Part shown: positions 58,634 through 64,000 of the stretch, one piece after another
Layout: every line of letters starts with the position of its first letter
Position numbering within the stretch: position 1 is the stretch's first letter
From: Betaproteobacteria bacterium
GTDB taxonomy: Bacteria; Pseudomonadota; Gammaproteobacteria; Burkholderiales; Ga0077523
Assembly: GCA_025350245.1 (NCBI GenBank)
Contig: JANXYG010000007.1
Coordinates: 1,615 to 65,614, forward strand
Direction: 5' to 3'
Length of the DNA stretch: 64,000 bases
Program-made: the position numbers and the translations under genes
The notes under the pieces: generated by a model
What the model was told of the DNA's origin: nothing
Seen by the model: only the letters and a program-made list of their open reading frames with translations
The model's database searches: none

Positions 58634-59441
58634 GCTCGGTCTCCATGCAGCAGTGGTGGCCGATGTTCAGGCTGCCGGTGCCCCGCTGGGCATCCACCCC
58701 TTGATCGTGGGGGCGTTTGCTCGCGACCTGCATCTCGTCCACGCCCATGGACTGGCGATCCAGCGGCAGACCGAGGATATTGACCTGGCGCTGGCCGTGC
58801 CGGACTGGCAAGCCTTCGACGAGCTGAAGGCCCGCCTGGTGGCCTCGGGCAAATTCGGGGCGTCCGGAACGGCACATCGATTTCGTCATGGTTCGGTCCC
58901 GGTTGATCTCGTACCTTTCGGACCGGTGGAATCCGCAGACCGACGGATTGCCTGGCCGCCGGATGGCGACCCGATACTGGACGTTTTCGGATTTCGGGAG
59001 GCGCAGCGAACGGCGGTTCCCGCTGCGCTTGCAGGCGGCGTACAGACGAGTGTCGTCTCGCTGCCAGCGCTCGCGCTCCTCAAGCTCGTATGCTGGAACG
59101 ACCGACACCTGACCACACCGGGGAAAGATGCGTCCGATCAGCAACTGATCGTTGCGAACTATCTCCCGGCCGGCAATCAGGATCGCCTCTGGAGCGAATT
59201 CGTCCACTGGACCCAGGCTGACGACTTCGAGTACGAGCCAGCGGGCGCACGGATGCTCGGCAGGGACATCGCCGCCTTGCTGGATGATCGCGGCCACGCA
59301 CGGATCGCAGCGCTGCTTGCAACCCAGGCAGACGCCACGCATCCTGCCCCGTTGCCCTTCCAGATGAACAATGCTGCCCCCGAACGTGCGCGCGCGATGC
59401 TCGCTGCCATGCTCGAGGGATTGACCGAGAACCGCGCATGA
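58608..59441 (+). CDS. nucleotidyltransferase, AbiEii/AbiGii-toxin-like
   Basis: IVGAFARDLHL...RQTEDIDLALAV fits the G[AG]x(n)DxD NTase motif. TTG 58608 is preceded by GAGGA. It overlaps the upstream gene by 26 nt. Confidence 0.55.
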   Translation: MLDFSRLPELGLHAAVVADVQAAGAPLGIHPLIVGAFARDLHLVHAHGLAIQRQTEDIDLALAVPDWQAFDELKARLVASGKFGASGTAHRFRHGSVPVDLVPFGPVESADRRIAWPPDGDPILDVFGFREAQRTAVPAALAGGVQTSVVSLPALALLKLVCWNDRHLTTPGKDASDQQLIVANYLPAGNQDRLWSEFVHWTQADDFEYEPAGARMLGRDIAALLDDRGHARIAALLATQADATHPAPLPFQMNNAAPERARAMLAAMLEGLTENRA

Positions 59442-60945
59442 ACGCTTCCACCCTCGTCTAGAAGCTCTGGAACTACTGCAACGTTTTGCGCGACGACGGG
59501 ATGAGCTACGGCGACTACGTCGAGCAGCTCACCTACCTGCTGTTTCTCAAGATGGCCGACGAGCGGTCGCGGCCGCCGTACAGCCAGCCGAGCCTGGTGC
59601 CTGCGCGATACGCCTGGAGCGAGTTGCTCGCGCGCGACGGCGATGCACTGTTCGACCACTACCGCCACACGCTCGAAGCGCTGGGCAACGAGAAGGGGTC
59701 TCTCGCGCTGATCTTCAACAAGGCGCAGAACAAATTCCAGGATCCGGCCAAGCTGCGGCGTGTGATCGTCGACCTGATCGACGCCGAGAACTGGTCGTCG
59801 ATGAGCGCCGACGTGAAGGGCGACGCCTACGAGGGCCTGCTCGAGAAGAACGCGCAGGACACCAAGAGCGGTGTCCGGCCAGTACTTCACGCCTCGAGCC
59901 CTGATCGCCGCGATGGTGGACTGCATCGCACCCCGGCCGGGCGAGCGTGTGTGCGACCCCGCATGCGGCACCGACGGCTTTCTCTTCACCGCGCACAACT
60001 ACATCGTCCACCATCACCCGAACCTCACCAAGGACGAGAAACGGCACCTGAAGGAAGGCGCGTTCCGCGGCTGGGAGCTGGTGCAGGGCACCGCCCGTGT
60101 GTGCGCGATGAACCGTGCTGCTGCACGGCATCGGCTCGGACAAGCAGGTGCCCGTGGCTGTGACCGACGCGCTGGCAGCAGACCCCGGGGAGCGCTTCAA
60201 CGTGGTGCTCGCCAATCCGCCCTTCGGCAAGAAGAGCAGCACCATGATCGTCGGCGACGGCGGCAAGACCACCACCGAGAAGGACATCATCGAGCGCGAC
60301 GACTTCTGGGCCACCACGTCCAACAAGCAACTGAACTTCGTGCAGCACATCAAGACGCTGCTCAAACCCCACGGCCGCGCCGCGGTGGTCATCCCCGACA
60401 ACGTGCTGTTCGAAGGCGGCGCCGGCGAGACCATCCGCCGCAAGCTCCTGCACGAGTGTGACGTGCACACGCTGCTGCGCCTGCCCACGGGCTTGTTCTA
60501 CGCTCAGGGTGTGAAGGCGAACGTCCTGTTCTTCGACAAGAAGCCCGCTTCGGAATCGCCGTGGACCCGAAAGCTCTGGATCTACGACCTGCGCACCAAC
60601 AAGCACTTCACGCTCAAGACCAACCCGCTCAAGCGCGAAGACCTGGATGAGTTCGTGCGGTCCTACAACCCGGCCAACCGTCACGACCGCAAGGCCGCGG
60701 GGAGCGCCAAGCAACCCGACGGCCGCTGGCGCGTCTACGACTACGACGAGCTGGTTGCCCGCGACAAGGCGAGCCTGGACATCTTCTGGCTCAAGGACGA
60801 CTCGCTCGCCGAGTCCGACAATCTGCCGCCGCCGGACGTCATCGCTCAGGAGATCGTCGACGACCTGGAGGCGGCGCTGGAGCAGTTCCGGCTGATTGCG
60901 GCCGACCTGCGGGTCGGGGCGAAGGCGGCGGGAGAAGGCGGATAA
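59438..60945 (+). pseudogene. hsdM: type I restriction-modification methyltransferase HsdM, disrupted (in-frame TAG at codon 8 plus two 1-nt frameshifts)
   Basis: MNASTLV-TAG(59459-59461)-KLWNYCNVLRDDGMSYGDYVEQLTYLLFLKM. The frame changes near 59866-59876 (KSG | GQYFTPRALI) and near 60111-60116 (CAMN | LLLHGIG). The NPPF motif (VLANPPFGKK) is in the third frame. Confidence 0.82.
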
Positions 60946-61016
60946 GCCATCCTTGCGATATCCTTCGGTCGCCCGCATTCGGCCGCGCACCAGTTCCGAA
61001 CCATAAGGACATTCCC

Positions 61017-61814
61017 ATGCCCACCCAGCAACTGATCTACGAAAGTGCAGTCCCGGTTTCCAGCGCCCGCCACAGCGCCTGGTTCGTCGAGGTCGGGGGC
61101 AGCTATGCGTTCGCCCGCCACGTCAACTCGCTGCCGTTGATGGCGGTCGAGTTTCCGAACGCCGCCGTTGAATACCCCATCATCTTCGCGGGTGACGACG
61201 ACAGCATCATGCCGGCGGTGATCCTCGGGCTGCGCACGGGCGAGAACCTGTTCGTGGGCGACGCGGATCAGTGGGCCGGGAAGTACGTGCCGGCGTTTGC
61301 ACGCCGCTACCCATTCGTGTTCTCACGTAGCGACGACGGCAATACGTTCACGTTGTGCATCGACGAGTCCTTCAAGGGCCTCAATCGAGACAGCAGGGGG
61401 GCTGCGCTGTTCGATGCCGAAGGCAAGCCCACCGCCTATGTGCAGAACGTGCTTGCGTTCCTGCAGGAGTATCAGGCGCAGTTCGAGCGTACCCAGGCGT
61501 TCTGCCGGAAACTGAAACAACTCGGCCTGCTCGATCCGATGCAGGCGCAGATCACCACCGGTGGCGGCGAGAAACTGTCGCTCGGCGGCTTCCAGGCGGT
61601 GAACCGCGAGCGCCTGAAGGCGCTGTCGGGTGACGTGCTGGCCGAACTCGCCAGGACCGACGAACTCGACCTCGTCTATCTGCACCTGCATTCGATGCGC
61701 AACTTGCAGGCGATGGTCGAACGCCTGGCCGGCGGAACTACCACCGCGGTCGGCGATGCCCGGCCAGTCGAGCCTGTCGCACCTGCCGACACGGCGGCGC
61801 CGAACCTGCACTGA
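61017..61814 (+). CDS. SapC family protein
   Basis: 265 aa. Pattern ...LPLMAVEFPNAAVEYPIIF...PAVILGL...YVPAFARRYPF... is typical of SapC (from memory). Confidence 0.75.
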   Translation: MPTQQLIYESAVPVSSARHSAWFVEVGGSYAFARHVNSLPLMAVEFPNAAVEYPIIFAGDDDSIMPAVILGLRTGENLFVGDADQWAGKYVPAFARRYPFVFSRSDDGNTFTLCIDESFKGLNRDSRGAALFDAEGKPTAYVQNVLAFLQEYQAQFERTQAFCRKLKQLGLLDPMQAQITTGGGEKLSLGGFQAVNRERLKALSGDVLAELARTDELDLVYLHLHSMRNLQAMVERLAGGTTTAVGDARPVEPVAPADTAAPNLH

Positions 61815-61901
61815 GAGCCTCCCCCAGGTTTGACTGGTCGGCGCCTGGACCATAAAAGTGCGGAAACACCATCCGCCGCGATCAGGGAGGACAAGACCCG
61901 C

Positions 61902-63086
61902 ATGTTCAGACTCGCGAGCCTGATGCTGGCTGCCGTGCGCGATCGCGTGTCGGTGTGCTGCGTCGCGGTGTGCGCCGCCATCGTGTTGGCAGCCTGCAGC
62001 CGGGCGGAATCGCAGCCGGCGTCGCAGCCGGTCAAGGTGGAGCCCGGCCGCGTGATCTTCGTCCCCGGCAGCCCCCAGTTGTCCGTATTGACTTACGCCG
62101 AAGCGGTGGATGCGCCGCCGCTCGGGGCGCGCATCCCCGGCCGCCTCGTGTGGGACGAGGAACACACGGTACGCCTGTTTCCGGCTTTCGCCGGGCGCGT
62201 CGTCCACATCCATGCGAAGCCCGGTGACACCGTCAAGGTTGGCCAGGCGCTGGCCGAGATCACGTCGCCCGACTTCGCCGAAGCCCAGGGCGCCGCGAAC
62301 AAGGCCGCCAGCGAGCTTGCGCTTGCCGAAAAGAATCTCGCGCGCGTGCGGCTGCTGGTCGACAACGGGGTCGCGCCGCAGAAGGATCTCGCGGTGGCGG
62401 AAAACGAGCAGGCCACCAAGCGCGCCGGATTGGAGCAGAGCACCGCCCGGGTCAAACTCTACGGTGGCGGTTCGCACATCGATGCGAGCCTGATCCTGCG
62501 CTCGCCGATCGCGGGCCGGGTGGTCGATCGCAATATCAATCCGGGCGAGGAACTGCGGCCCGACATGAGCACCGCCAATGCGCCGGCGCTGTTCGTGGTC
62601 ACCGATCCGTCGCGGCTCTGGCTGCTGCTCGACGCGACCGAGCGCGATCTGCCGGCGCTGTCGGTGGGTGAGGCTGTGAGCTTCGGCTCCACGGCCTGGC
62701 CCGGTCAGACTTTTTCCGCCAAGGTGATCGCCATCAGCGATTTCGTCGACCCGCAGACCCGCACGATCAAGGTGCGCTGCATCGTCGACAACCAGGATCG
62801 GCGCCTGAAGGGCGAGATGTACGTCAACAGCGAAGTCCAGGGCCCCGCGCGCGCAGGCAGGGCTGTCCCCGCGAAGGCGGTGTTCGTGCTCGGCAAGCAG
62901 CACTACCTGTTCGCGGAGGAGGCACCGGGCCGCTTCGTCCGGGTTGCCGTGGAAGCGGTCGAGGATCGGGGCGGTGCCGTGATCGTGATCCAGGGTCTGC
63001 CGCAGAAGCAGCGGATCGTGGTCGACGGCAGCCTGTTCCTGCAGCAGATCCTGGCGCAGAAAGGCGGGGATCGAGGCGTTAGATGA
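61902..63086 (+). CDS. efflux RND transporter periplasmic adaptor subunit (CzcB/CusB-like)
   Basis: Lipoprotein-type signal (LAAC) with HlyD_D23/biotinyl-lipoyl-like segments (VHIHAKPGDTVKVGQALAEITSPD; LRSPIAGRVVDRNINPGE). Its stop overlaps the downstream RND pump start. Confidence 0.83.
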   Translation: MFRLASLMLAAVRDRVSVCCVAVCAAIVLAACSRAESQPASQPVKVEPGRVIFVPGSPQLSVLTYAEAVDAPPLGARIPGRLVWDEEHTVRLFPAFAGRVVHIHAKPGDTVKVGQALAEITSPDFAEAQGAANKAASELALAEKNLARVRLLVDNGVAPQKDLAVAENEQATKRAGLEQSTARVKLYGGGSHIDASLILRSPIAGRVVDRNINPGEELRPDMSTANAPALFVVTDPSRLWLLLDATERDLPALSVGEAVSFGSTAWPGQTFSAKVIAISDFVDPQTRTIKVRCIVDNQDRRLKGEMYVNSEVQGPARAGRAVPAKAVFVLGKQHYLFAEEAPGRFVRVAVEAVEDRGGAVIVIQGLPQKQRIVVDGSLFLQQILAQKGGDRGVR

Positions 63087-64000
63087 TGATCCGGCGCCTC
63101 ATTTCGGTGGCGCTCACGCAGCCGATGCTGGTCCTGATCGGGTTCGCCGTGTTCGTCGTCGCCGGGCTCATCGCGTTCAAGAATCTGCCGATCGAGGCGT
63201 TCCCGGACGTGACCGACACGCAGGTGACGGTCATCACGCTTTACCCCGGCCGGGCGGCCGAGGAGGTGGAGCGTCAGGTGACGATTCCGCTGGAGGTGGT
63301 GCTGGCCGGCATGCCCAACTCGGTGCGCATGTTCTCGCACACACAGTTCGGCCTGTCGTTCATCATCCTCACGTTCAACGACAAGGCCGACCCGTACTTC
63401 GCGCGCCAGCAGGCGATGGAACGGTTGCGCGAGGCCGACCTGCCTCGCGGTGTCACGCCGGCGCTGGCGCCGCTCAGCACGCCCATCGGCGAGGTTTACC
63501 GCTACACCCTGAAGTCGGGCACCGCGACCTCGCGCGAACTGCGCACGCTGCAGGACTGGGTCGTGGTGCGCAAGCTCAAGCTGATCCCCGGCGTGGCGGA
63601 CGTCGTGAGTCTCGGCGGCCTGGTGCAGCAGTACGAAGTGAATCCCGATCTCGCACGGTTGCGCGACTACAAGGTCACCTTGCAGCAGTTGTTCGATGCG
63701 CTCGGGCGCGGCAATGCCAACGCCGGCGGCGGCTATACCGAACAGGGTCAGCAGCAGTACCTGATCCGTGGCATCGGCCTGCTGCGCTCGCCCGACGAGA
63801 TCGGCAATATCGTCGTGGCGGAGCACGGCGGCGTGCCGGTGCTGGTGAAGGATGTGGCCGAGGTGAACATCGGCAACATGCCGCGGCAGGGGATCGTCGG
63901 TCTCAACCAGGACGACGACGTGACCAGCGGGATCGTGCTCATGCGCAAGGGCGAGATTCCGGGCGTGGTGCTGGCGGCGGTCAAGGCGAAGGTGGAGCAG
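63083..64000 (+). CDS. heavy-metal-efflux (CzcA/CusA family) RND transporter, 5' partial (runs off the window)
   Basis: My own translation from ATG 63083: MMIRRLISVALTQPMLVLIGFAVFVVAGLIAFKNLPIEAFPDVTDTQVTVITLYPGRAAEEVERQVTIPLE..., typical of HME-RND pumps. No stop before the window end. Confidence 0.85.
   Translation, partial: MMIRRLISVALTQPMLVLIGFAVFVVAGLIAFKNLPIEAFPDVTDTQVTVITLYPGRAAEEVERQVTIPLEVVLAGMPNSVRMFSHTQFGLSFIILTFNDKADPYFARQQAMERLREADLPRGVTPALAPLSTPIGEVYRYTLKSGTATSRELRTLQDWVVVRKLKLIPGVADVVSLGGLVQQYEVNPDLARLRDYKVTLQQLFDALGRGNANAGGGYTEQGQQQYLIRGIGLLRSPDEIGNIVVAEHGGVPVLVKDVAEVNIGNMPRQGIVGLNQDDDVTSGIVLMRKGEIPGVVLAAVKAKVEQ

Noticed and set aside
52290-60118. Frameshifts in hsdR and hsdM considered as phase-variation switches.
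   Set aside because: None of the frame-change sites lies in a homopolymeric or simple-sequence tract, and one lesion is a nonsense substitution. Pseudogenisation is more parsimonious, with sequencing error as the alternative.
51714-61016. RM/cargo block downstream of tRNA-Arg(ACG) considered as a classical integrase-mediated island.
   Set aside because: There is no integrase gene, and I found no repeat of the tRNA 3' end near 60946-61016. It is treated as a defence locus adjacent to a tRNA, not called as a mobile element.

Overview
High-GC proteobacterial chromosomal segment; the gene content looks betaproteobacterial, but the taxon cannot be assigned from sequence alone. The core backbone holds queD, a tRNA-Pro/Arg/His cluster, three ABC-F ATPases (ybiT, yheS, uup), htpX, rhlE, mlaA, gabD, dgoKA, a PQQ alcohol dehydrogenase with its cytochrome c, lysC, tRNA-Ser/Arg and a czcBA-like efflux pump. 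Four accessory blocks interrupt it. (1) At the left edge, a lower-GC two-gene module: a small protein overlapping a large ImmA/IrrE HEXXH protease. (2) A 7.4-kb integrative island in tRNA-Arg(CCT), bounded by 92-bp direct repeats that duplicate the whole tRNA. It carries integrase, an AlpA-like protein, a primase-helicase, an iteron-like repeat cluster and a low-GC cargo operon of unknown function. (3) A type I secretion ABC/MFP pair followed by three tandem giant RTX-type paralogs (about 15.5 kb), with a 27-bp tandem repeat array between the second and third. (4) A decayed type I restriction-modification locus next to tRNA-Arg(ACG): hsdR is frameshifted, and hsdM has a nonsense codon plus two frameshifts. 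Four intact genes sit between hsdS and hsdM: an unknown 307-aa protein with a PIN protein, and an AbiEi-like protein with a nucleotidyltransferase. The best candidates for undescribed systems are the RM-embedded modules, the island cargo operon and the ImmA/IrrE module. All calls come from reading the sequence and ORF translations by eye; no searches or computations were run.
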